Positions 10,800 to 19,846 of a DNA stretch of 64,000 nt are shown piece after piece. Position numbers and translations under genes: made by a program. This stretch comes from Alphaproteobacteria bacterium. GTDB lineage: Bacteria; Pseudomonadota; Alphaproteobacteria; UBA828. Within the stretch, counting starts at the first letter, position 1. The number at the start of each line of letters is the position of its first letter. The notes beneath the pieces are model-generated. The model was not told the DNA's origin. It worked only from the letters and a program-made list of their open reading frames with translations, and ran no database searches. The stretch lies in assembly GCA_965237415.1 (NCBI GenBank), contig CBDEFM010000002.1, positions 3,904,001-3,968,000 of the forward strand. Reading direction: 5' to 3'.

Positions 10800-11825
10800 C
10801 TATTCTTCTCCGCCGCTCCTCAGACGCCGCCAATTGTCGATGTAAACGGCGGCGATCAGGATAGCACCGATAGCCACCAGCTGCCAGAAGGCGTAGACGC
10901 CGAGCACGTTGAGACCGTTGCGCAGCGTGGCGATGATGAGCGCGCCGATCAGCGAGGCGATCAGGCTGCCCTGGCCGCCGAACAGGCTGGTGCCGCCGAT
11001 GACCACGGCGGCGATCGAATCGAGCTCGTAGCCGACCCCGCCCGCCGGCTGGCCGCTGCCGATGCGCGAGGCTTCGGTGAGTCCAGCGATGGCGGCGGTG
11101 ATGCCGCTCAAGCCGTAGATGAGGATCAGATAGAGAGGGACGTTGATGCCTGAGACCTTGGTGGCCTGTTGATTGCTGCCGATGGCGAAGGTGTAGCGGC
11201 CGAGCCGGGTGCGGAGCAGCACGAAGAGCCCGATCGCATAGAGTCCGAGCGTCGCGATCGTCGGCACCGGCACCACCCCCCACACGCGGCCCTGGCCGAG
11301 AACCTCGAAGCCCTCCGCCACTCTGAAGATGGGAATGCCTTCGGTGATGATCAGGGCATAGCCGCGGGCAATGCCCATCATGCCGAGGGTCGCAACGAAG
11401 GGCGGGATCCTGAGGACGCCGACCGCTATGCCGTTCGCCGCGCCGAAGAACGCGCCGCAGAGGAGCCCTGCGATGACGCCGGCGGGGAGCCCGTAGCCGG
11501 CATCCATGACCATGGTCGAGGTGACGGCGGCGGCGGCGAGGATCGCTCCGACAGAGAGGTCGATCCCCTTGGCAAGGATGACGAAGGTCTGCCCCACCGC
11601 GATCAGCGCGATCACGGCGGCCTGCACGGTGATCTCGAACAGGTTGCCGACGGTGAAGAAGTAGGGCGAGAGCTGCGACAGCACCAGCCACATCAACAGC
11701 AGGATGCCGGCGGTGAATACGGTGGGGTTGTCGATGACCCCCCTCAGCGCCGCACCAAGGAGGCGCCCCGCAGCCGAATTCGGGTTCAGGCCGGGCAGGC
11801 GGGGCGTGAAATCGGATCGGGCCAA
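10800..11825 (-). CDS. Sugar ABC transporter permease (RbsC-like)
   Basis: GIDLSVG, IPPFVATLG, AIGSN, YELDSIAAVVIGGTSLFGG; TTG start uncertain. Confidence 0.92.
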   Translation of the reverse strand: MARSDFTPRLPGLNPNSAAGRLLGAALRGVIDNPTVFTAGILLLMWLVLSQLSPYFFTVGNLFEITVQAAVIALIAVGQTFVILAKGIDLSVGAILAAAAVTSTMVMDAGYGLPAGVIAGLLCGAFFGAANGIAVGVLRIPPFVATLGMMGIARGYALIITEGIPIFRVAEGFEVLGQGRVWGVVPVPTIATLGLYAIGLFVLLRTRLGRYTFAIGSNQQATKVSGINVPLYLILIYGLSGITAAIAGLTEASRIGSGQPAGGVGYELDSIAAVVIGGTSLFGGQGSLIASLIGALIIATLRNGLNVLGVYAFWQLVAIGAILIAAVYIDNWRRLRSGGEE

Positions 11826-12083
11826 GGCGTGCCCTCGCGCAACATACCGGCGCCGACTCTAGATCAAGAACGCCGGGGCGCGCAATTTCGGCTTCCGCGG
11901 GTCGTGTCCCGGGCCGTGGTGTAGGAGCCTCGCGCCCGTCGCGGTATCCGGCGGGTAGGGCCGGCACGTTCAGTCTGCCCCGGCGGGCAGCTTGATTAAT
12001 TCATCGTCGCCCGTGGGAGCGATGGATTCCAGGGTCATGTAACGGGCGGTGACGTGCGCCTCGCGGCGGTGGCGCGGAGCCGC

Positions 12084-12860
12084 TCAATGCAGGGTCGCTA
12101 TGTCCTCGGCGGTTTCCTCGCCCGGCTGCTTGCCGAGGATGATCATGCTCAGCACCTGGTCCTTGGTGACCTCGGCGGTGCGGTGGGTGCCGATCTGGCG
12201 GCCGTTGGTCATCACCGTGATCCGGTCCGACAGGTCGAACACGTCGTGGATGTCGTGGGAGATCAGGACCATGGCGATCCCCTCCGACTTGAGCCGGAGT
12301 ACGAGCTCCTTGAAGACCGTGGTCTCGCGATGCCCGAGCGCCGCGGTCGGCTCGTCCATGATGAGGACCTTGGTGTCGAAATAGAGCGCCCGCGCGATGG
12401 CCACCGACTGGCGCTGGCCGCCCGAGAGCCGCTGCACCGGCTCCCGCAGGTTGACGAAGTTGGGGTTGATGCGGGCGATGACCTCGCGGGCGGCGCGCTC
12501 CATGGCATTGCTGTTCAGAGTCGCCCAGCGGGTCATGATCTCGCGGCCCAGGAACAGATTCGCCACCGCGTCGAGATGGTCGGCGAGCGCCAGGTCCTGA
12601 TAGAGCGTCTCGATACCGTGGTTCCTGGCTTCGCGGGGAGTGCTGATCGAGACCTTCTCGCCGCGGACATAAATCTCGCCGCTGTCCATGCGGTAGGCGC
12701 CGGCGAGGATCTTGATGAGTGTCGACTTGCCGGCACCGTTGTGGCCGACGACGCCGAGCACCTCACCGGCCTGGACGGCGATGGAGACATCCTCGACCGC
12801 ATGGGTGCCGCCGAAGCTCTTGTAGATATTGCGCATCTCGACCAGGGTCGGCGCTGTCAT
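12084..12860 (-). CDS. Sugar ABC transporter ATP-binding protein (single NBD)
   Basis: GHNGAGKST Walker A, LSGGQRQ, IMDEPT, ISH. Confidence 0.93.
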   Translation of the reverse strand: MTAPTLVEMRNIYKSFGGTHAVEDVSIAVQAGEVLGVVGHNGAGKSTLIKILAGAYRMDSGEIYVRGEKVSISTPREARNHGIETLYQDLALADHLDAVANLFLGREIMTRWATLNSNAMERAAREVIARINPNFVNLREPVQRLSGGQRQSVAIARALYFDTKVLIMDEPTAALGHRETTVFKELVLRLKSEGIAMVLISHDIHDVFDLSDRITVMTNGRQIGTHRTAEVTKDQVLSMIILGKQPGEETAEDIATLH

Positions 12861-13226
12861 CGACTCCCTCGGTGGATCATGCGTGCTGCGATCGCGCCGG
12901 TATTCTCGAAAGCGCACCTGCGCCCGTCAAGCACCCGCCATTCCGGGCCATTCGGGCTGCCCGCCCCGCCCCTGGCGGAGCTATTCGGCGGCCCACTGCC
13001 CCTTGCCATCCCTGGCGCGTGCGATGGCCTCGGCCGGCTCGTCCGCCTCTTCACAGGGACCGCCACAGATTTCCTCAAGCATCGTTGACCTGCCCCCGGC
13101 GACTTGTCCAGTTTGAATGTTAGTGCGTTGACGGCTTCGCCGCCAAGCTGGGTGACCGGCGGAGTGGAGCCGGGCGGCCGGCTTGGCATGACGCGCTCCT
13201 ACTGACCTCGCAGAGGCCGCGCGGCG

Positions 13227-14399
13227 ATGAGCGAGGCCGCGGAAGGGCCGCTCGCCGGCCTCCTGGTGGCCTCGGTCGAGCAGGCCGTCGCCGCGCCCTT
13301 CGCCACCAGCCGCCTCGCCGACGCGGGCGCGCGCGTCATCAAGGTCGAGCGGGCGGAGGGCGATTTCGCCCGCTTCTACGACCATGTGGTGGCGGGGGAG
13401 TGCGCCTGGTTCGTCTGGCTCAACCGCGGCAAGGAGTCCGTCGTCCTCGACATCAAGGACGCCACCGACAACGCCCTGCTTCACCGCATCATCGCCCGCG
13501 CCGACGTCTTCGTGCAGAACCTGGCACCAGGTGCTGCGGCACGGGCGGGCTTCGACTCAGGCGTGCTCCGAGGGCGGCATCCTCGCCTCATCACCTGCGA
13601 CATCAGCGGCTATGGCGAGAGCGGCCCCTATGCCGCGATGAAGGCCTACGACTTCCTCATCCAGTGCGAATCGGGGATCGCGTCGGTGACCGGCACGCCC
13701 GACTCCGCGAGCCGCGTCGGGGTCTCGGTCTGCGATATCGGGGCCGGGCTCAACGCCTACGGCGCGATCCTGGAGGCGCTGCACGGGCGCCACCGCACCG
13801 GCCGGGGCAGCGGCATCAGGGTCTCGCTCTTCGACGGCATGGCGGACTGGATGACCGTGCCGCTGCTGCACCTGGAGCACGGCGGCAAGGCGCCCGCGCG
13901 CACGGGCCTCAACCACGCCATGATCGCACCCTACGGCGCCTATCCCGTGGGCGACGGCGGGCAGATGGTGATCGCGATCCAGAACGAGCGCGAGTGGGCG
14001 CGCTTCTGCGAACACATCCTGGGCGACGCCGCCCTCACGACGGACCCGCGCTTCGCCGGCCACCCGGCCCGCCTCGCGAACAGACCCGAGATGGACGCGC
14101 TGATCGTCGAAGTTTTTGGCCGCCACACCATGGACACGCTAGCGGAGGCACTACGCGGCGCGCAGATCGCCTTCGGCCGCCTCAACGAGGTCGCGGGGCT
14201 TTCGGCGCACCCGCAGCTTCGCCGGGCAGCCGTCGCGACACCCGCTGGCACGGTCGAGATCGTGGCACCCCCAGCCCGCCACGGCGCGGGCGAGGGGGAC
14301 GACCGCCCCCTCCGCCCCGTGCCCGCGCTGGGTGCACAAAGCGACTCGATTCGCGCCGAATTTGCCGCTGCGGGCAATGATTCGCTGGGTGGAATTTGA
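13227..14399 (+). CDS. CaiB/BaiF family III CoA-transferase
   Basis: EQAVAAPFAT..LADAGARVIKVER, LNRGKES, KAYD.LIQ.ESG, SVCD. Confidence 0.92.
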   Translation: MSEAAEGPLAGLLVASVEQAVAAPFATSRLADAGARVIKVERAEGDFARFYDHVVAGECAWFVWLNRGKESVVLDIKDATDNALLHRIIARADVFVQNLAPGAAARAGFDSGVLRGRHPRLITCDISGYGESGPYAAMKAYDFLIQCESGIASVTGTPDSASRVGVSVCDIGAGLNAYGAILEALHGRHRTGRGSGIRVSLFDGMADWMTVPLLHLEHGGKAPARTGLNHAMIAPYGAYPVGDGGQMVIAIQNEREWARFCEHILGDAALTTDPRFAGHPARLANRPEMDALIVEVFGRHTMDTLAEALRGAQIAFGRLNEVAGLSAHPQLRRAAVATPAGTVEIVAPPARHGAGEGDDRPLRPVPALGAQSDSIRAEFAAAGNDSLGGI

Positions 14400-14471
14400 T
14401 CCGCTACGCCCCACATCTTGGGTGACTCGCCGAATGCCGCTGCGGATGTTGTGCATGTAGCTTGCGGCGCA

Positions 14472-14500
14472 TTGACAAGCGTATGTCGATCTGGGAATAT
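14472..14500 (+). promoter_or_regulatory. Candidate sigma70 promoter for the small YjzC-like gene
   Basis: TTGACA (14472-14477), 17-bp spacer, GAATAT (14495-14500). Confidence 0.45.
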
Positions 14501-14511
14501 ACCTTGGACGT

Positions 14512-14543
14512 GACTAGGCCGGGGCGGACACCCCGGCCTAGTC
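14512..14543 (+). other. Perfect 13-bp hairpin in the 5' leader
   Basis: GACTAGGCCGGGG-CGGACA-CCCCGGCCTAGTC. Confidence 0.8.
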
Positions 14544-14660
14544 TCCCTGCCAATCGTCTAGAGACCCCTCGGCAGGGAGGTGTTCTGGTCACGAATCCAG
14601 CGTAGCCGGCTCAGGGTACTTCGACCAGAGGGGTCTCTGTCAACAGAGGAGTCTCCTCGC

Positions 14661-14840
14661 ATGGCGAAGAGACCGAGCGGGCTTAAGCCCGGACAATCAG
14701 CCCCGCAATCAGGCCAGTACCAGCAGATCGGCCCTCGGGGCGTCAAAGGACCGGAACGAACAGTGGTGAAGGGAGAACCGCTCCCTCCAGCGCCGAAGCC
14801 CGGCACGACCTACAAGCTGGTCGATCCGACGAAGCACTGA
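14661..14840 (+). CDS. YjzC-like small protein (59 aa)
   Basis: KPGQSAPQSGQY..IGPRG...ERTVVKGEPLPP.PKPG..YKLVD.TKH pattern; GAGGA Shine-Dalgarno. Confidence 0.75.
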   Translation: MAKRPSGLKPGQSAPQSGQYQQIGPRGVKGPERTVVKGEPLPPAPKPGTTYKLVDPTKH

Positions 14841-14852
14841 TGGCTTTGTAGT

Positions 14853-14897
14853 GCCCGGCCGAGATGCATTCACGCGCGTTCGGCCGGGCGCTTTCTT
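14853..14897 (+). terminator. Probable intrinsic terminator after the small gene
   Basis: GCCCGGCCGA...TCGGCCGGGC stem followed by GCTTTCTT. Confidence 0.55.
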
Positions 14898-15123
14898 CAC
14901 CAATTGAAATCAAGAGCGCTTCCGAGAGTTGGATGATTCGGGTCTTCTAACCTCGGATCAGCAAACTTGGCCTTGTACGCCTTGCCTACAAAGAGCCGAA
15001 TGCATCGGTGGGATATGTCAGCCGTTGGGAGCGTTGAGGCAAGGCTTCATTGGATCACTTCTTGGCCCAATGTGGTGCAACTGCTTGTAGCCAACGGAAT
15101 GACGGCATGAGAGGTGTAGTACA

Positions 15124-15669
15124 ATGAATGATCGAGAGTACGTGCTCTTTACGCGGGGCATTTCCCAAGAAAGCATAAATGAACTTGTTAAGGTACTTTG
15201 GAGTGTTTCAGCTTCGAATCGCGAGATTTATCTCTTATTGAATTGCAACGGAGGAAATGTACAAGCAGGAATTTATTGCTACAATATTATGCGCTCTTTA
15301 CCCACAAAGATGATTTCACATAACGTTGGAAATGTCGGTTCAGTTGCCAATATTCTTTTCTTAGCTGCAGATGTTCGATATTGCGCTCCACCCTCCACCT
15401 TCATGTTCCATGGGGTCAAATTTGACAGATCGGGCCAACTCAGTTTGGATGAGAGGTACTTGAGAGAGCATCTGGATAGCATCATAGCCGATCACGACCG
15501 CATTGGAACGATTATGGCTGAACGAAGCGCGCTCACGCTTGACGAGGCTCGAAAAATGTTTAGAGAACAACGAGTTAGGGACGCAGCTTGGGCGCTCGAA
15601 AATGGCATGATACATGAGATTTTGGACTTGAATCTTCCCCCCGGCTCCGTCATCCATCAACTCACTTAG
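15124..15669 (+). CDS. ClpP-fold protease-like protein (AT-rich)
   Basis: LLLNCNGGNV (ClpP INSPGG), GNVGSVA (Ser), FMFHG (His), A..ALENGMIHEI; GAGGT RBS. Confidence 0.8.
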   Translation: MNDREYVLFTRGISQESINELVKVLWSVSASNREIYLLLNCNGGNVQAGIYCYNIMRSLPTKMISHNVGNVGSVANILFLAADVRYCAPPSTFMFHGVKFDRSGQLSLDERYLREHLDSIIADHDRIGTIMAERSALTLDEARKMFREQRVRDAAWALENGMIHEILDLNLPPGSVIHQLT

Positions 15670-15946
15670 TCGGGAGACCGACATGTCCATAGGGTTGACC
15701 GCGAAGTCGCAGTTTCTCCCAATCGAGTACAGTATCGATCCCGAATTTTGAGCGGGAGAGCGCTGCGAATGAGTGGTCGCATCGCCTCGGTGTTGAACAG
15801 TCGTGTCTACCCGCGCCGGCAAGACGCCTCGCTCAGATCAGGCCGAAATCCTTGAAGCGCGGGCTGAAGCGCGACAATTGGCCGCTGCGGTCGACGCTCG
15901 TGCCCTGTTCGAGAGTTTCCTACGCATTTGCATGACATCCCCACTG

Positions 15947-16041
15947 CGTCATGGCCGGACTCGTTCCGGCCATCCACGCGACTGCCCACCCACGGGCGGG
16001 ACTGGCCGAGAGAGATGCCCGGAACAAGTCCGGGCATGACG
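15947..16041. repeat. Alphaproteobacterial REP-like bipartite palindrome
   Basis: CGTCATGGCCGGACTCGTTCCGGCCATCCAC ... GATGCCCGGAACAAGTCCGGGCATGACG: two hairpins inside terminal CGTCATG/CATGACG. Confidence 0.8.
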
Positions 16042-16322
16042 GCGTGGGGGCGTGACCGGGTCGGAGAGTACGCGAGCCGATCCAACACCGCCTGAGCGTC
16101 GGGAACAGAGCGCTGGCACGGGTTCCTCGCCACGGTCTCGGTCTGCGCGGTGCTCTTAGTCCATGACGGAAGCAAGGGGTCTCTCATCTTCTGGACCCCG
16201 AACCATTGTGCGGTGCACGGCGCGCGCCGCCGGCGCCAGGATTGCCCGCCATGCGGCGATCATTTTCCCGCGCGCGTGTCCGCGCGACACAGTGCCAGAG
16301 CACGCCGGGCACGGCAGATGCG

Positions 16323-17162
16323 ATGGGCGGACGCGCATCGGACGAGCTGTTGCCGGCCGCAATCCAGGACGCCGTCGCCGCAGCAATCGAGGACGGCTCC
16401 AGCCTGGACGAGATCGTGGCGCGCGTCCGCGCGGGCGACGGCGAGAGTTCGGTTTTGATCCCGCGCGCACGACGCTGCGCGCGTGCGCGACCTGCCGAGG
16501 GCCGCTGGGCCGAGCGCATGGACGGCCTGATTTGCCTGCAGCGCGAGGCCGTTCGCTTTGCCGAGGAATGGGAGCGCACGCGCGACCCCTGCGCCGAGGG
16601 GCTTAGCGCCCTCATCGCAATCGAAACCCTGCGAACGCTGGCGCTCTGCACGATGGCCGAGCTCGGCCAGCGCGCGGAGCCGGTGCCGACCGAGGACCTC
16701 GCCCGCCTCGCGCTCGCGCTCCATCGCATCGAAAGCGCCGACAGGCTCCGCATCGAGCGTGAGCAGGCGATGGCCGATGCCGCCGCGCACGCCGGGCCGG
16801 CCGCGCGCGCGGCCAGTATGACGCATGCCGAACGGGTCGAAACCGTCCGCCGGGCTCTCGAGGGGCACGTCTTCCCTGGGCGCACAGATCCGCCACCGTC
16901 GGAATCGGGGTGGGCCGCGGCCTCTCCCGCGGACTCCCCCGTCACCTCGCCGGACTCCACGCCCGAGTCACCTGCCGACGGCGGGGCGCAGGATGCATGG
17001 GGCGCAAGCGGGGCGCAGGATGTGTTGGACGCGCGCGGGGCGCGCGATACGTGGGACGCGCACAGGGCGCGGGATGCTGAGCTGAGACGGCGGGAGGCGG
17101 AAGGCCGACTCTGGCCGACCGACCCTCCCTTCTGCCCTGCGGAGTGGAGCGGGCCAGGGTGA
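16323..17162 (+). CDS. Phage Mu gp27/DUF3486-like protein with a low-complexity repeat tail
   Basis: MG..S..LLP..I...V..AI.DG.SLDEIV; IETLRTLAL..M; EDLARLALAL..IE.A matches the gp27 family pattern; no other phage genes nearby. Confidence 0.65.
   Translation: MGGRASDELLPAAIQDAVAAAIEDGSSLDEIVARVRAGDGESSVLIPRARRCARARPAEGRWAERMDGLICLQREAVRFAEEWERTRDPCAEGLSALIAIETLRTLALCTMAELGQRAEPVPTEDLARLALALHRIESADRLRIEREQAMADAAAHAGPAARAASMTHAERVETVRRALEGHVFPGRTDPPPSESGWAAASPADSPVTSPDSTPESPADGGAQDAWGASGAQDVLDARGARDTWDAHRARDAELRRREAEGRLWPTDPPFCPAEWSGPG
16983..17078 (+). repeat. 27-bp (9-aa) degenerate tandem repeat in the gp27-like tail
   Basis: GAQDAWGAS/GAQDVLDAR/GARDTWDAH/RARDA; units start at 16983, 17010, 17037, 17064. 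Confidence 0.75.
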
Positions 17163-17402
17163 GGCGGGGGGCTCCTCCTCCGCCGCGACCAGGCAGACGC
17201 GCGCCCGGCTCATCGTGCGGCCCGGATGTCTCACCGCGGCCGCGGTCTGCGCGCAGCCGGCGCAGTTGCCGTGCCGTACAGTGCAAGAGCGAACGGGGCG
17301 CGGCAGGCGAAGGCAGAGGAAAGCGGCCGCCTATTGCCGGGGCGGCTGGTGCCCGCAGCCCCCGCCGTCATCATGGAGGACCGCCGGCGGTTGTCCCCGC
17401 GG

Positions 17403-17470
17403 AATCCCACTTGTCCCACTTAATCCCACTTATCCCACTTAATCCCACTTAATCCCGGCGAATCCCGCCC
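17403..17470 (+). repeat. (A)ATCCCACTT tandem array, copy 1
   Basis: Five TCCCACTT units followed by AATCCCGGCG AATCCCGCCC; 9-10 bp period. Confidence 0.95.
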
Positions 17471-17516
17471 AAAGTTTATGTTCTGCGCGTATCGCGGGCC
17501 GTTGGCGGGCGCCGCT

Positions 17517-18830
17517 TCAGTGCCCGCGCCCTTCCGGAATGATGCCGCGCGGGCTGAAGCGCATGACGACGAGGAGGATGAGTCCCATGATGATGAGCCG
17601 CATGTAGGCGGCGCTGTCGAGCAGGTGAGCCCGGAGCGAGTTGTCCTCAGGCAGCCCTGCAGTGATCGCGTCCATCAGCCAGAACGCGGCGGGCTCGGCC
17701 TCGACCCACAGGAACCACACCAGGAAGCCGCCGAGCATCGCGCCCCAGTTGTTGCCCGAGCCGCCGACGATCACCATCACCCAGATCAGGAAGGTGAAGC
17801 GGAGCGGCTGGTAGCTGCCCGGCGTGAACTGCCCGTCGAGGGTGGTGAGCATCGCACCGGCGATTCCCATCACCGCCGCGCCCAGAACGAAGATCTGCAT
17901 GTGGCGCCGGGTCACGTCCTTGCCCATCGCGGCGGCCGCGTCCTCGTTGTCGCGGATGGCGCGCATCATGCGGCCCCAGGGAGAGTTCAGCGCCCGCTCG
18001 GCCAGCCATACGATCGCCATGAGGACGAGCGCGAAGAGCACCGCGTAGCAGAGCTTCACGAAGATGCTCGAACCCTGGATCGGGTCCGCCCCCAGCCAGT
18101 GCGCGAGATCGAGGAACCAGGGGCTCGCCTGCAGGTCGATCTCGTAGGGCACCGGCCGGTCGAGGCCGGTGACGTTCTTCACGCCCCGGCTGAGCCAGTC
18201 CTCGTTCTTGATGACGGTGATGACGATCTCGGCGATGCCGAGGGTGGCGATGGCGAAATAGTCGGCGCGCAGCCCGAGCGCGACCTTGCCGATGAGCCAG
18301 GCCGCGCCGGCGGCAAGCAGCCCGCCGAGCGCCCAGGAGAGGACGATCGGCAGGCCGGCGCCGCCGAGATAGCCGGTCCTGGCGCTGTCGACATGCTGGA
18401 TCGCATCGACCGCCGGGTCGAAGAAGATGCGGATGAGGAAGAACCCCCCGACCAGGAGGAGAACCGTCGCCGCCGTGCGCAGCGGACCCTTGCGCAAGAG
18501 GCGGCGCACCAGCACGACCAGCAGCACGATGCCTGCCAGCACGGCGAGCGCGAAACCGAGGCCCTCGCCGCCCGCCGCCCACGCATCCGCCACCGGCGCC
18601 TGCGAGACCAGAACGCCCGCCAGTCCGCCGAGCGCGGCGAAACCCATCACGCCGACGTTGAGCAGGCCCGCATAGCCCCACTGCATGTTGAGGCCGAGCG
18701 CCATGATCGCGGAGATCAGGCAGAGATTGAGGATCGAGAGGCTGACCACCCAGGACTGGCTGGCGCCGACCGCGATGAGCAGCAGCGCCATGGCGGCGAA
18801 GAGCGCCGGCGTGCGGAGCCCCGGCCTCAC
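17517..18830 (-). CDS. Branched-chain amino acid ABC permease (LivM-like)
   Basis: LGLNMQWGYAGLLN, LRADYFAIATLG, SPWGRMMRAIRDNE, VIVGGSGN. Confidence 0.92.
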   Translation of the reverse strand: MRPGLRTPALFAAMALLLIAVGASQSWVVSLSILNLCLISAIMALGLNMQWGYAGLLNVGVMGFAALGGLAGVLVSQAPVADAWAAGGEGLGFALAVLAGIVLLVVLVRRLLRKGPLRTAATVLLLVGGFFLIRIFFDPAVDAIQHVDSARTGYLGGAGLPIVLSWALGGLLAAGAAWLIGKVALGLRADYFAIATLGIAEIVITVIKNEDWLSRGVKNVTGLDRPVPYEIDLQASPWFLDLAHWLGADPIQGSSIFVKLCYAVLFALVLMAIVWLAERALNSPWGRMMRAIRDNEDAAAAMGKDVTRRHMQIFVLGAAVMGIAGAMLTTLDGQFTPGSYQPLRFTFLIWVMVIVGGSGNNWGAMLGGFLVWFLWVEAEPAAFWLMDAITAGLPEDNSLRAHLLDSAAYMRLIIMGLILLVVMRFSPRGIIPEGRGH

Positions 18831-19843
18831 GACAGCACCCGCCCGCGGAAGAGCCCGGTCGGGCGCACCAGCAGCACGACCACCAGGATGACGAAGGAGA
18901 TCGCGAGCTTGTAGTCGGTGGACAAGAGCTGGATGAGGCTGCTCGGCTCCCAGCTCTCGGGCAGGAGGTAGCGCAGGAACTTCTTGTAGGCGTATGTCAC
19001 CCCCGTCTCCGAGAGCGCCACGATGAAGGCGCCTGCGACCGCGCCCAGCGGATTGCCGATCCCGCCGAGGATCGCGGAAGCGAAGATGGGGAGGAGAAGC
19101 TGAAAGTAGGTGAACGGCTTGAAGCTCTTGTCGATGCCGTACATGGTGCCGGCCACCGCCGCCAGCGTGGCGGCGATCAGCCAGGCGTACAACACCACCC
19201 TGTCCGGGTTGACGCCGGAGAGCAGCGCCAGGTCCTCATTGTCCGAATAGGCCCGCATCGCCTTGCCGGCCCGCGTGCGGTGCAGGAACCAGAAGAGCGC
19301 CGTCACCGCGATCGCCGTGACGACCACCGTCAGCCCCTGGGAGAGCTTGATCGCGAGGCCTTCCTTCAGCCCGGTCGCGACCTTGAACTCGGAGGCCTTG
19401 ATCAGGAAGCGCGCCCCGTCGGCGAGCCGCCGGTCGTCGGGTCCGATGATGAAGCGGACGATACCCTGCAGCGCGAACATCACGCCGACCGAGGCGATCA
19501 GCAGGATCACCGGCGGGCTCCTGCGGCGCCGGTAGAAGCGGAAGACGAGGCGGTCCGCACTCAGGTTGAAGGCGGCCGTGGCCACGATGCCGAAGGGCAA
19601 GGCGATCAGCGCCGTCGGCAGCGGCGCGATGCCGACGTCCATGCCCTGGAGCCACCATGTCGTCAGCAGAACCACCATGGTGCCGAACGCCATCACGTCG
19701 CCGTGGGCGAAATTGGCGAAGCGCAGGATGCCGAAGATGAGCGTAACGCCGAGGGCGCCGAGGGCGAGCTGGGAGCCGTAGGCGACGCCCGGCACGATGA
19801 CGAAGTTCGTCAGCAGAACGACCGCGTTCGCCACGTTCTCCAT
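18827..19843 (-). CDS. Branched-chain amino acid ABC permease (LivH-like)
   Basis: ALGVTLIFGILRFANFAHGD, RTRAGKAMRA, ILGGIG, RPTGLF. Confidence 0.92.
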   Translation of the reverse strand: MENVANAVVLLTNFVIVPGVAYGSQLALGALGVTLIFGILRFANFAHGDVMAFGTMVVLLTTWWLQGMDVGIAPLPTALIALPFGIVATAAFNLSADRLVFRFYRRRRSPPVILLIASVGVMFALQGIVRFIIGPDDRRLADGARFLIKASEFKVATGLKEGLAIKLSQGLTVVVTAIAVTALFWFLHRTRAGKAMRAYSDNEDLALLSGVNPDRVVLYAWLIAATLAAVAGTMYGIDKSFKPFTYFQLLLPIFASAILGGIGNPLGAVAGAFIVALSETGVTYAYKKFLRYLLPESWEPSSLIQLLSTDYKLAISFVILVVVLLVRPTGLFRGRVLS

Positions 19844-19846
19844 GGG

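Larger units (their letters stand above)
16198..17500 (+). mobile_element. Putative gp27-carrying element (full-length copy)
   Basis: Left end, two internal blocks and the repeat-bearing right end are all shared with 42178-42420 (inverted). Confidence 0.55.

Noticed and set aside
11826-12083. Hidden gene or riboswitch between the ABC ATPase and permease
   Set aside because: No recognisable ORF or RNA motif by eye; probably an internal promoter region.
16323-17162. Mu-like prophage
   Set aside because: No transposase, large terminase, portal or structural genes in the window.
17403-17470. CRISPR array
   Set aside because: Units are 9-10 bp with no unique spacers, and there are no cas genes.
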